Shown: positions 34,024 through 45,822 of the stretch, piece by piece
Numbering within the stretch: position 1 is the stretch's first letter
Layout of the letters: each line of letters opens with the position of its first letter
Assembly (NCBI GenBank): GCA_012862495.1
Contig: BLSG01000196.1
Coordinates: 1 to 49,392 of the forward strand
Reading direction: 5' to 3'
From: Thraustochytrium aureum
Taxonomy: Eukaryota
DNA length: 49,392 bases
Position numbers and translations under genes: made by a program
Notes under the pieces: model-generated
Databases searched by the model: none
Seen by the model: only the letters and a program-made list of their open reading frames with translations
What the model was told of the DNA's origin: nothing

Positions 34024-35736
34024 CTGAACATGCTCCGGTTCGCGTTGGCTTGCTGCGCAAAAACCGAAAAGAGCCCACCGCCTGTCTTGGCCTCCTCCTC
34101 ATCCGCGCGAAGCGAGCTCTGTCGCCGGACGAGCGACGGGCCAGCCGCGCGACGCTTGGCCGCTTGCTCGTCGGCACCGCCCGCGCTAGCTTGGGCGGCG
34201 CCGCCAAGAGCAAAGTCAGCATCCGCTCCCGCGCCCGGGCCGGCGCCTCCCCCCGATGGGACAGCGCCCGTGGAGGCTGGCGCGGGACCGAGGCCCCGCA
34301 GAGCCCGCTACGCCGTCTTGAGTCGCGTCTGCCCCGTCCTGCACGGCAGTATTGGGGTCGACTGCAGCAAATACGTCCATGCCGTCCATGGCGATGTCGC
34401 CCCGCAGGGCGCGGGCTTCGTCCTCCTGTTGCTTGCGACGGGCCTCGGCGAGGAGGCGCTCGCGGCGCTGCATGCGCCAAAGGACGAGCTCTTGGCCGGT
34501 CTTGTACACCCACTTGGAGGTGGTGAACTCGATGGCGAGGTTGGCGGAGCGCAGCGTGTCGGTCTTGTGGGTCTCGAGGTGCCGGACGAGGCGCCGCGCG
34601 AGCGAGTCGGGCATCATGGTCTTGTCGGTGAGGAGAAACATGTGGCCGTCCTGGGGGCCGTACTGGAGCAACAGGTCGCGGATGATGCCGCTTTCCATCG
34701 ATCCAGAGGACGCCAGAACGACCTTGGGGTCGCGGATAGCGTGCACTTGGTCGAGCGAGGGTACGATCTGGACGTGGTGGAGCAGATCGAACGGGTTTTT
34801 GCGCGTCTTGCTGAACTGGGTGTTGACGTCGTCGTTCATGTAGTCGACGAGGTTGACCCGGGCGATGTCCAGCACGCTCGACATGGAGGTGACCCACACG
34901 ATGGGGTACGGCTGCCGGTGCTGCTTCCAGTACGCGTTCAGCACGTAGAGGAGCTCAAGGATGCGACCAGCGCAGTCGACTGGCATGATCACATTGCGGT
35001 TGCGGCGCAGCACGTCGAGGACTTTGCGGCACAGGTCCTCCTTTCGGCGGTTGTAGTTGTCTTTGCGCGAGGTTTGAAAGTTGAACGCGTCGGTCACGAG
35101 CAGCGTCGGCTGAATTTTGTCCACCTTTCGGGCGATCCCATCCAGGAGGCTGTCCTTCGCGATGCTAAAGTCGACCGCGTAAAGGATGACGTCCGGCTCG
35201 CGCACAACCTGCCACATCGTCCCTCCAAGCAAGCGCCCGGCGCCGATCGCGTGGATCACGACGTCGCGCGCCGACTGTCCCGTGATGCGGATTGGCTGCC
35301 CGAACTTCCAGTCCCGGATGCGCTCCTCGATCTTGTCTACGTCCTCCAGGTCGAAGAGGTCGAAGGGGCCAACGCGGGCCCGCGACAGGTACGCGTCGTA
35401 GAGCGTGCGCAGCCCGAGTTGCTTGGTAGGCGCCGTGGAGAAGATCACGCAGTCCGGGTCGAGCCCAAACTCTTTCGCCGCGTAGGCGAGCCCCCCAAGA
35501 TGAGCCAGGTCGCCGAACGAGAGCAGGATCAGCTTTACGGTTGGCAGAATCTTGCGCAGGGGCTCCAGGTCGGCAGGGTCGAACCGTTCGTTCCACCCGC
35601 AGTCGAACAGAATCCGCGTCTGGTCCACCTCAAGCAGGTAGCTCAAGGGCCCTTCGTCGTGGGCGCCGAGTATGGGCGTCAGCAGCACGCGCTCGTCCAT
35701 GGCGTCCTGCTCGGCCGCCGCGCCGCCCTCCGCCAT
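34024..35736 (-). CDS. CPSF2: Cleavage and polyadenylation specificity factor subunit 2 (CPSF100); apparent frameshift near 34295, 3' end in gap
   Basis: SYLLEVD..RILFDCGW, degenerate MBL motif LLSFGDLAHLGGL, AGRLLGGTMW, YAVDF, PTLLVTDA, MPVDCAGRILEL, NPF, PKVVLAS. Confidence 0.93.
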
Positions 35737-36834
35737 GGCGCCTGCGTCCGCCGGGGCCTGCTCCGCCCGCTGCCAGCCGTGCGCTGCTGCTGCTGCTCCT
35801 CCTCCNNNNNNNNNNNNNNNNNNNNNNNNNNNNNNNNNNNNNNNNNNNNNNNNNNNNNNNNNNNNNNNNNNNNNNNNNNNNNNNNNNNNNNNNNNNNNNN
35901 NNNNNNNNNNNNNNNNNNNNNNNNNNNNNNNNNNNNNNNNNNNNNNNNNNNNNNNNNNNNNNNNNNNNNNNNNNNNNNNNNNNNNNNNNNNNNNNNNNNN
36001 NNNNNNNNNNNNNNNNNNNNNNNNNNNNNNNNNNNNNNNNNNNNNNNNNNNNNNNNNNNNNNNNNNNNNNNNNNNNNNNNNNNNNNNNNNNNNNNNNNNN
36101 NNNNNNNNNNNNNNNNNNNNNNNNNNNNNNNNNNNNNNNNNNNNNNNNNNNNNNNNNNNNNNNNNNNNNNNNNNNNNNNNNNNNNNNNNNNNNNNNNNNN
36201 NNNNNNNNNNNNNNNNNNNNNNNNNNNNNNNNNNNNNNNNNNNNNNNNNNNNNNNNNNNNNNNNNNNNNNNNNNNNNNNNNNNNNNNNNNNNNNNNNNNN
36301 NNNNNNNNNNNNNNNNNNNNNNNNNNNNNNNNNNNNNNNNNNNNNNNNNNNNNNNNNNNNNNNNNNNNNNNNNNNNNNNNNNNNNNNNNNNNNNNNNNNN
36401 NNNNNNNNNNNNNNNNNNNNNNNNNNNNNNNNNNNNNNNNNNNNNNNNNNNNNNNNNNNNNNNNNNNNNNNNNNNNNNNNNNNNNNNNNNNNNNNNNNNN
36501 NNNNNNNNNNNNNNNNNNNNNNNNNNNNNNNNNNNNNNNNNNNNNNNNNNNNNNNNNNNNNNNNNNNNNNATACGTTGCCCCCCCGACAGGCCCGCAGGC
36601 TGGAAGGGTCAGGTAGCACCTCTTTCTGCTGCCGCCGCGGACAACGACGACGACTCTGCCCAGACGCCGACCGCAGCAAGCGGTGACAGCCCACACCAAC
36701 GCCCAGGCGGGACCTAGAGCAAAGCGGTTCGGTTTTGGGCAAGTGTGCTCGCACGAACGCGAAAAGCGAGGCGAATCGGCTCCCGCGAGAGAGCCAAGAC
36801 AAGCGCCGGTCGAAGGAGGTTGAAGAATACCAGT

Positions 36835-37731
36835 TCAAATAAAGTCGTTGTCATCCTGAAAGAGCGGGCTGTACTTGTACTCTTGCGCACGCAGCTGCTC
36901 GCGCCGCAAAGCCTCGTTCGCTGCTGCGGCGCTGGCCCCTAGGATGATGCCGAACGGGATCGCAAAGAGCTCCTCGTGGATCAGCTGGTGCGAAAGCTGC
37001 GCTCCAGATCGCGCGTGCTTGCCAACGTCAAGAAGGCCAAAGAAAACGCCGTACCCGATCCCCATGACGATCGAAGTGACGAGCACGAGCGTGACCTGCT
37101 GCGCCGACTCGATGAGCGGCGGCGTCTCGGGCCAGCACTGGCCAAGGCAAAAGTTGAGGAGGTCGACGATGGTAAACGTGACAGCAAAGCAGGCCGACAT
37201 GCCCAGCAAGGCGTACAGCGGCACCTTTGCCGCAGGCGAGAGCGTGAAGATCCACTTTTCGTCGAACAGAAAGCACAGCAGCCCAGAAGCGCAGACCAGC
37301 ACCGCAAAAACGACCACCAAAGCGCGGCGGGCCGGCGACTGCTGCAAGCTCACGCGGAGCAGAATGAGCATGCCCACCAGTATGAACACGCACCCAAAGT
37401 AGAACGAGAAAAGCGCGCTCAGCGAGATCTCCACAAGCGTCGCGTTAACCATGAACGAGAGCGTGAGCCCGAGCAGGGCTCCGACGCAGACCGCCGTGAA
37501 CAGCCTGATCGCGGCGCTCTCAGCGAGGAGGCGAAACATTCTGCTCGCCCCGCCGATCTTGCGCTCCGCGGACGCCTTGCTCGCCACGATCCCGGCGCGC
37601 GCGCACGGTGCAGCTCTGCCCAGCTCGTCCTCGTCCTCGTTGCCGGCGTTGTCGCATTGGCGATTCAGCAGAGTCCGCCAGGAAGGACAGCGCGAAGAGA
37701 GGCTCTCGCGCGACCTAAACCCTAACTCCAT
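36835..37731 (-). CDS. Multi-pass (~6 TM) membrane protein of unknown function; start at 37731 or 37539
   Basis: About six hydrophobic helices, segments NATLVEIS, KVPLYALLG and GVFFGLLD, and cytosolic tail YSPLFQDDNDFI. Confidence 0.75.
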   Translation of the reverse strand: MELGFRSRESLSSRCPSWRTLLNRQCDNAGNEDEDELGRAAPCARAGIVASKASAERKIGGASRMFRLLAESAAIRLFTAVCVGALLGLTLSFMVNATLVEISLSALFSFYFGCVFILVGMLILLRVSLQQSPARRALVVVFAVLVCASGLLCFLFDEKWIFTLSPAAKVPLYALLGMSACFAVTFTIVDLLNFCLGQCWPETPPLIESAQQVTLVLVTSIVMGIGYGVFFGLLDVGKHARSGAQLSHQLIHEELFAIPFGIILGASAAAANEALRREQLRAQEYKYSPLFQDDNDFI

Positions 37732-39776
37732 TTCCACGGACGAACAGTACACGAACGTATTTGGNNNNNNNNNNNNNNNNNNNNNNNNNNNNNNNNNNNN
37801 NNNNNNNNNNNNNNNNNNNNNNNNNNNNNNNNNNNNNNNNNNNNNNNNNNNNNNNNNNNNNNNNNNNNNNNNNNNNNNNNNNNNNNNNNNNNNNNNNNNN
37901 NNNNNNNNNNNNNNNNNNNNNNNNNNNNNNNNNNNNNNNNNNNNNNNNNNNNNNNNNNNNNNNNNNNNNNNNNNNNNNNNNNNNNNNNNNNNNNNNNNNN
38001 NNNNNNNNNNNNNNNNNNNNNNNNNNNNNNNNNNNNACGGAAACAAACCTGTGGACGTTGGAGAGCTGGGCAAGCATGGAAGCTTCTCGTCGCGCTGCCG
38101 CTGTTGCGGCTACTATTGCAACTCCATGTCGGGCTGATGAATGGCCTCGGCCCTGGCGAGGGACAGCGCCGATCGATTCAACGAGGGCTTGTTCACCTTG
38201 GACGCCTGGGCACAAGAAGACGCTACGGAAAGATGACCGACCGACCGCTCACACCTGCCGCTTCGCTGGGCATCGGCTGCTTCAAGATTGCTTGCCAACG
38301 TCATAGGGCTCGTCATGGGCCCTACTCATCGCACCGTCAATGGACCAGGTGCCGCAGCTCGCGGTGACACCTGCCGGCGCGGAGGCACGAAAGCGAGTCT
38401 TTCTCCATGGCAGACTCGTGGTGGTCGTGCTTCAACCACCGCGGCACAAGCCGGACCGCGAGGGCCACTGCCCAAAGTCGGCGGCCGAGCCTACTTGGTT
38501 GCCCTCGTCGTCCATACCCGGCTGCCCGCCTTCAACCAACCGTGAGCAGGTATACCAGTGTCTGGAAACCGAATCATGTTTGCAACCGCATGGTCCGTCC
38601 AGTACGAGGCAATTGGCGATGGATGTCGAGAACTTCGTGTTCCCCGAACCACCAGCGACAAGCGCAGCTTGGATCGTCGCTGGTTCGACAAGCAGGGCGC
38701 GCTGCGAGCTGCATCGCCCGCGGGCCGGCCCACCATGAACTGCGCCGCCGCCCAGGATCATCAAGGATTGGATTGGTCGGCCCACCACCAGCCGATGGTT
38801 GTACCGACGACTCGGAGTCGAGGCAATGTCAGTACACAAACGAACCCGCCTGCCGGGGCACACTGGGCAACTTTGCGTATTTCGCCGCGCCAAAGGCGAC
38901 TTGTGAAAGTTGCACAGCGAGCACGGCCTTCACGCACCTCCGCGCCAAAGTTTCGCCTAGGCCGCAACAAAACGCGGGCCGCGCGCCAGTGTCGTCCGTT
39001 GAGCAGGGGCGAGTGAAACTGGTGTCAGAGCGGGCGCACACCGTCCGTATGTGCGAGGGACCGCCTCTCCTGGCGATTGCGAGGAGCAGGTAGTAGTGCG
39101 CGACTCAATCGCCCTCAGCAACGTCGAACCCTCACGCATGTGAGCGGCTCTGCAGACCGGCCAGCCAGCCAGCCAACGCTGATGAGAGAGCGAGGCGCTG
39201 CTCGAACCCGAACTCGCGCTCAACTCGCGCTCAACTTGCGCTCAACTTGCTGCTCGCCAATGCGCAAGGACGGCACCGGAAAGGCCAGCAAAGCAATCCC
39301 TGGTGGTCGTCAATGCGACCCGCCACGCCACGTGCGCGCCCTCCTCGCGCTCTGCAGCTTGTGCCGTGCTTGTGTTGTGATTTCATTTGGCTTTCGCCGC
39401 CGTCCTGGTGGATTGAACACGTGCGCGAGCCTTGGGACTCGGCAGGCGTTTGGCCCTGCGCCGGGCGGGTTGAGGCTGGATCTGGACTGCTTGCTGCCGA
39501 ACTGACACGGTTTTCCTCGACAAACAAGGCCGCCTCTGTCGGCAGCGCCAGCACGTCGACCGACGCTGCCTAGCACAGTCGGTGGAATCAACTCCGAGAG
39601 AGAGAACTCGACTGGAGCGAGTATTGTAAACGAGCAGCCTTGCAGCACCCCTGCAGTTCACCAATCTTGGCGCGGAGCGCAGGCGGAGGCGAGCATAACC
39701 CAATCCACGAGAGGCGGGCCGCACGAGACTAGAGGCTTGCCAAGAAACAGAGTCTGGCACCAATCGGCTGGCGCAC

Positions 39777-41493
39777 ATGATGATGGCTCAGCTCGCGAAG
39801 GCCGCCGCTGGTCTCCTNNNNNNNNNNNNNNNNNNNNNNNNNNNNNNNNNNNNNNNNNNNNNNNNNNNNNNNNNNNNNNNNNNNNNNNNNNNNNNNNNNN
39901 NNNNNNNNNNNNNNNNNNNNNNNNNNNNNNNNNNNNNNNNNNNNNNNNNNNNNNNNNNNNNNNNNNNNNNNNNNNNNNNNNNNNNNNNNNNNNNNNNNNN
40001 NNNNNNNNNNNNNCGCCCTCCAAGTGGCACAAGGCGCACTTGTGCTGGACAAGGCGCTCGGCGGGAAGACGGAAATGGTGACGCCGGCGTTGACTTTCAC
40101 GGACGAGAACTTTGTGTTGGACAGGATCGAGCTGGCCCTGTTCGACGAGTCGTGGTGCGACGATTGCCGCGGCCCTCCGGAAGGCTTTGCAGTGAAAGGC
40201 AACGCCACGGCACTGTTCCAGGGCACTTACTCTGAAAAGTGCTTCACATGCGGGTACGCGCAGCTCGCCGGGTTTGCGGACAAGGCTGGCGCAAAGGCGC
40301 TCGTTTGGTACAGCCGCAACTTGCCTGGCCACGAAGCGCGCGTCATCCACAGCTTCAGCGACAACGCCAAGGCGCGCGAGGCGGGCCTCGTGGCAGTCGA
40401 GCTTGGCTCGGAGGACGCCAAGCTGGTGCTCGACGAGCTCAACAACGGGGCTTCGGTGACGGGGTCGCTCTCTGCAAGCCCAAACCCGTGGTTTCCCTTT
40501 TACGAGGGCGGCTGGCTGGCGACGCGGATTGTGCTGCTTGTGTCCTCCGGGGCGGTCTTCGTCCTTGCCTCGTACCGGCTCATGCGCTTCGTCGCCCTCT
40601 TCCTGCACACAAACCACTACAAGGCGGCCGTCACAATCCTGTCGATCGAGGTGGTCAGCTTGGCGATCCGCATATTCTACGTCGCCGTCGACCCTATGTG
40701 GTGCAATGAGATTCTCGGCTATGGGGTCTCGCGCGTCCTGATCACGCTGACCATCCCGCTCGAGCTCATCTCCACGGTCCTGCTGTGCCTCGCCTGGAAC
40801 GACATGCTCCAAATCACCTACCGCAAAGGCTCCTTCCTCTCAGTGCGAAGCCGCATCATCTTCCTCGTCGTGGCGCTCGTCATCGTGGGCGTCGACCTGC
40901 TCTTTTCTTTTCTGGCTGCGTTCAAAGGCCTCGTCGAGCTCTCGAGCATCTCGAGCATCCTGCTCAGCCTCTTCACCATCGCGGTTGCGATCGCCATCTT
41001 GGTTGTCGGGACAAAGCTCACGCGCACGCTGAACCTCTACTCGTCGCACGCAAGCAGCAACCCTGTCGCCTCGGACGACGACGCGAGCTTCGAGGCGTCC
41101 TCCTCCAAGCCGCCTTCTTCGTTCGTGCAGGACCTGACTAACTACGTGGAGACCAGCACCTCGCCCATGGCCTCCGAAACCGAGTCGCGCCCGATGGCCA
41201 AGTCGTCAGCGAGCAAGCCGGCCCGGTCCAAGTCGGCGCTCAAGCGCCGTCCTGGGCGCACGCGCCGCGTGCGGGCCGACATCCGCTACATGACGCGCAA
41301 GATCATGGCTTTGGCCGTGACCCTGCTCGTCATGTCGTTGATTCTTGCTGGCGCCGGCCAGGATGCTATCGTCTTTGCGCCCGAGCTCCGGGCGACATTC
41401 TTTGGAGCCCTCTACCTGGCGCTGGCGGTGCAGAGCTTCTTCAAGATCACCTTTTTCCTCGTGCCGCAGACCAGCAGCGACTCGAACAACTGA
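39777..41493 (+). CDS. PA-domain + 7TM receptor-like protein, copy 1; putative signal peptide before the gap
   Basis: MMMAQLAKAAAGL before gap; ectodomain with CFTCGY...AGAKALVWY...VELGSEDAKLVLDEL (PA-like); seven hydrophobic segments with a Ser-rich loop between TM5 and TM6. Confidence 0.75.
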
Positions 41494-42728
41494 GCGCCGC
41501 GGCGCGCGAGAGCTGCGCAGCCGCGCGGGGGCGCGAGCGAAGACTGCTCACGAAAGCCGAGGCAAGCCCAAGCTCAACCGTGGCCGATGCGCTCGTTAGA
41601 CAAGCCGCACCGAGGCCCCTGGGCATGCAGAAACGCGTATGAACGATTCAACAACCTTCAACTTTGCCTGACACTGCCTGCCTGCCTCCGCGCGCCGTCC
41701 TTGCGAGCGCTTGAACCGGGCCATGGCAGCAACGCGCTGGCCAACGGACGCCGAAACGCGTGCGGCTGGACCAGAGGGCTTGCAGATCAGCAGCAAGCAA
41801 GACCACGTGGACGTGCAGGCCTCGGCAGGTTCGCTTTTGTATCTCTGCATCGTGTGGCATGAGACGGTCGCCGACAGACCTGGCAATCGCCGTCATTATC
41901 GACTTGCGCGGTGAAATCCTCCTCGTCCTGCGTGGGCTGTGGCCAGCCCGCCCTGGCGTGATGCAGCCAGGCGCCACAAGGTTTACTGTAAACAGTGCGT
42001 GCCGCTCGCCTTGGCGACGACGACGACGACGACAACAGCAGTCAATCTCGTGCCGTGAGAAATTCAGGTGGGGGGCGGGAGGCGGCCAGCCGGATTCTGA
42101 CGGGTTTCGAATCGCTCGTCACGCGAGGAAAGTAGAGGAGAGCGGAGCTTGCCGTGACAGCGTACGGTACCGGTACTTCCTCTCTGAGTAGGTAGAGTAC
42201 TTACTCTGATCAACCAAAACAACCTTCTCTCAAGCTGCTCGAAGTAGAACTGTACTCTGCTCGAGTAGGTACGTCGCGAGTTGGTCTCGATTTTCCCGCG
42301 ACACCGCCACGTGCGTCTACATACGTCAGTACCAGTTCTACTTGCTCGCCTGTCGCCCTGTACCCTGGGAGGGAGAGGAGGCGCGTGGAAAGAGGCTCGT
42401 GGCGACGAGCCGCTCAGGGCGAGTCAAGCCGAGCGAGTAGTGCAAGCCCCCTTGGTGCAAGCAGGTAAACCAAGTAAACTTCCAAAAGGGCGTTCGCTTT
42501 GCATCGCGGAATCCAACCTCTCTCGCTACTCTACCTGTTGGTCCTGTTGGTATGCCAAGGTTGCGCCGTCACGGTATGCGATGATGTCCGTCAGAGGTCG
42601 TCGACGGACTCGGAGAGGCAATTTTTGAAGCGATTGATTGATTTTGATTGAGTTGAGACGATGACTCGCAGGTGAATCTTACCGCGACGAAGGCCTACCT
42701 AGACCGATGCAGGCAGACCTGTAATGCG

Positions 42729-44518
42729 ATGCTCGAGATGTCTCCACGCTCTGCAACAGCAGTGGCCGCAATCGCCGCCCTCGCGTCAGCTCGGTCGATC
42801 GGTGCAACGACCGTGCTCCAACCCGCCGACTTGCAGCGCGCCAAGGACCTCGCCACGCCGGCGTTCGCGTTTTCAGGAGACGGCTGGGCCGCGTTTGACG
42901 CCGACCTGGCGCTCTTGCCGATCGAGTGGTGCCAACAAGGATGCCGGGTTCCAGATGGCATGATCGGTTCACTGTTCAAGGGGCCCACTGTCGCCCTTGT
43001 CGCCGACCCATCGCAGTGCTTTGCTTGCGGGTACGCCAGGCTCGCCCTGATGGCTCGCTCAGGCGGCGCCATGGGCCTCCTCGTCGCAAGCTCGGACGCG
43101 GAGCCAGGCCACCAGGCACGCGTTGTCCGCTTCGGCCAAGGCCCGGACGACCTGATTGAGGCCAAGGGCTTTCCAAGCTGCGAGATCGAGGGGAGCGCGG
43201 CAGCAGGCATTGCAGAGGCTCTTCGCGACGGCGACCGAATCGTGCGCATTCGCCTCGCCGCTACAGCCCACCCTTGGATCACGTTCTTCGATTCCGGTTG
43301 GAACCGAGTCCAGTACGTGTGCGCAGGCCTTGCCGCAGCAACTCTGCTAGCCGGGCTGTTGCAGCAAGCCCGCCTTCTGGGCCCCTTTTCTGCGCAAAGG
43401 CAAGTATCGGACCGCGTCCGCTGTGGTTTTGATTGAAAACATCGGCAGCCTCGCGCGCTGTGCCTTGGCCGTCGACCCATTCTGGAGCCGTGGCCTTTAC
43501 CCGTACGAGCTCTCGCCGCTACTCGTCTGCGCATCGACCTCGCTCGGGCTGATTGGCACGGCGGTGCTCACGCTCTCGTTCAACGACTTTTCCAAGTTCT
43601 CCTTCTCTTCGCGGTCCATGTTTCTGACGAGGAAGAGCAAGGTCTGGCTGTGGGCCTCCAGCGTCGTCTTCGTCGGGGGGCTTGCCTTTGTCGGCGTCGA
43701 CCTGTGGCTCGGCATCTCGGGCAGGGCCCTTTTCCTGAGCGGCTTGATTTTCTCTTCGCTGACGCTCATTACGGCGGCGGCCCTCTTGCGGTCAGGCCTT
43801 CGTATGACAANNNNNNNNNNNNNNNNNNNNNNNNNNNNNNNNNNNNNNNNNNNNNNNNNNNNNNNNNNNNNNNNNNNNNNNNNNNNNNNNNNNNNNNNNN
43901 NNNNNNNNNNNNNNNNNNNNNNNNNNNNNNNNNNNNNNNNNNNNNNNNNNNNNNNNNNNNNNNNNNNNNNNNNNNNNNNNNNNNNNNNNCTCACACCCAC
44001 TCTCTGTTGAAGGCTACAGCAAGACGCTGATGAGCCGAGCCTTCGGCAGCGCGGCCACGGCGCACGCCGCGCAACTGGCAACGCCGCCATGCGCGACAGT
44101 GGTAGGTATCGCAACAAAGCAGTCAGCGGATCTCGAAGACTGGGGCGTGGCCCCGGCGACTTGCCCCCACGAGGAAGCCCGCTCGCACAAGTCCACCTCG
44201 TCCGCCGGCAAGTGGAGCTTGGATGGTACTTTGTCTCTGCGGTCGGGCTGGCTTCGGGACAAGGGACGCCTCGCGCTGTACAGAACAGGCAGAGGCGTGA
44301 ATGTGGCTCGCAAGATAGTTTTGCTGGCGGCGTTTACGGTTCTTTCCGCAGCACCAATTGCCGCGCTGGGGCTAGAGGTAGTGCTGGACCGGGTCCTGTG
44401 GCGCACCATCGCCTTCGCGGCCTACTTTGCGATGTGTACTGGGAGCTCACTGGTCAAACTAGGTTTTTTTTCCCCGCCGCCGCTGTGTGGTGCGAAAAAA
44501 CCTGCTGGTGCCAAGTAA
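42729..44518 (+). CDS. PA-domain + 7TM receptor-like protein, copy 2; frameshift near 43385 and internal gap
   Basis: Signal peptide-like SATAVAAIAALASA; WCQQGCR, CFACGYARLA..GGAMGLLV, PGHQARV, HPW, LAVDP, RKIV and KLGFF are collinear with copy 1. Confidence 0.72.
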
Positions 44519-44698
44519 CCCTGCCTCAGCTCTTTGGCGAGTCTAGCGACTCGAGGGGAGCGACACGGCACGCGATCGCCGACAGGCATCAAGGCGGACC
44601 CGCCATCCAGCGGGCATCGCGAGAGCAAGAGGCAAGCACGAGTTCCGATGCTGACCAAGGGAGGCACTTGGGCGCTAGGCAGACCAGGCAGGGCCTCT

Positions 44699-45822
44699 CT
44701 AGTCTTCGTGGCGGCGCAGCGGCTCTGCCGCGTCACTCAGGTACGACGAGTCGCTGTCCACGTCATCGTCGGTCGAGACGTCCGTCATGTCGCGGTCGCG
44801 CTGCTTCTGCACGCCACCCCAAAACAGGCGGTACATGAGCGGCAAATCTTAAAGCCCCAGAACAGGTTGAGCAAAAGCAGGACCGAGAGCAAGGCCCCAG
44901 TGAGGTTGAGAGCGCCCTGCCCGATCACGTCCCTGCCGTGGTTGTACAGGCTCACGTGGACCGTCGCGGAAAACTTGTACAGGCGTGCGTACATCCACGA
45001 CATCGCAAAGGTGACAAAGAGAAGGTCTGCGATCCCGCGGTACCTGAACAGATTGGCAAGCTTGGAGCTCTCCAAAAAAAGATCGGTCACGTCGTGGAGC
45101 GCCAGGCCGACCATGCCAATGCGGCAAAAGTTGCCCAGGTACAGCATGCAGAGCATCACGAGCACCAGGGCGTGGTGCGTAGTCATCTCCCACATGTCGC
45201 GCGCGCCCCACCGGTCCCAGAGCTGGCTCACGAGCAGCACGACGTAGAGCGGGATCTCGAGGCCCACGAAAAAGAGCTTTACATTCTCCTCCTGCTCCTG
45301 GAAGGGAATGCCCTTCCAGCTCAGGGAGAGGTCCTTGACCCAGGGCTTGCCTCGCATCAGGCTCAGGTTCGCGCCAAAGCAGATCGAGTACATTGCGAGG
45401 CGCCACATGCTCTCCGAGCAGCGCTCGACCTTGACCACGTCGCGGTCCGCAAGCTGTCGAGCGCGAAACCACTTGTTGAGCTGCTCGACGGACTTTTCGA
45501 GCGTCTTGGACAGCGACTTGATCTCGTTGATGTCGGGCACGCCGGGCTTGTGCTTGAGGTAGATCGCCTCGAGCTTGTCGCTCTCAAACGGCAGCGCCAC
45601 GCCCTTGGCCCCGAGCATGGCCCTGGCCAGCGGCCGCAGCAGCACGACCTCGGCGACCACCTTGCTCACCCAGAGCGCGCCGACCATCAGCGGCGTGAAC
45701 CTGACAATATCCCTGGCCGTCGGAAACATCCCAGACCTGCTCTTCTCCGCATACACCTCCGCAGAGGCGGTCTCCGCCCACAGAAACCTCGCCACATCGC
45801 TCGACGCGGCGGCCAGGTCCAT
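44699..45822 (-). CDS. Ceramide synthase (LAG1/TLC domain) with Hox-like domain; one base missing near 44840
   Basis: Lag1p motif RDMWEMTTHH...GMVGLALHDVTDLFLESSKLANL, ESMWR, WMYARL. Restoring one C gives an acidic tail TDDDVDSDS ending at TAG 44699. Confidence 0.92.
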
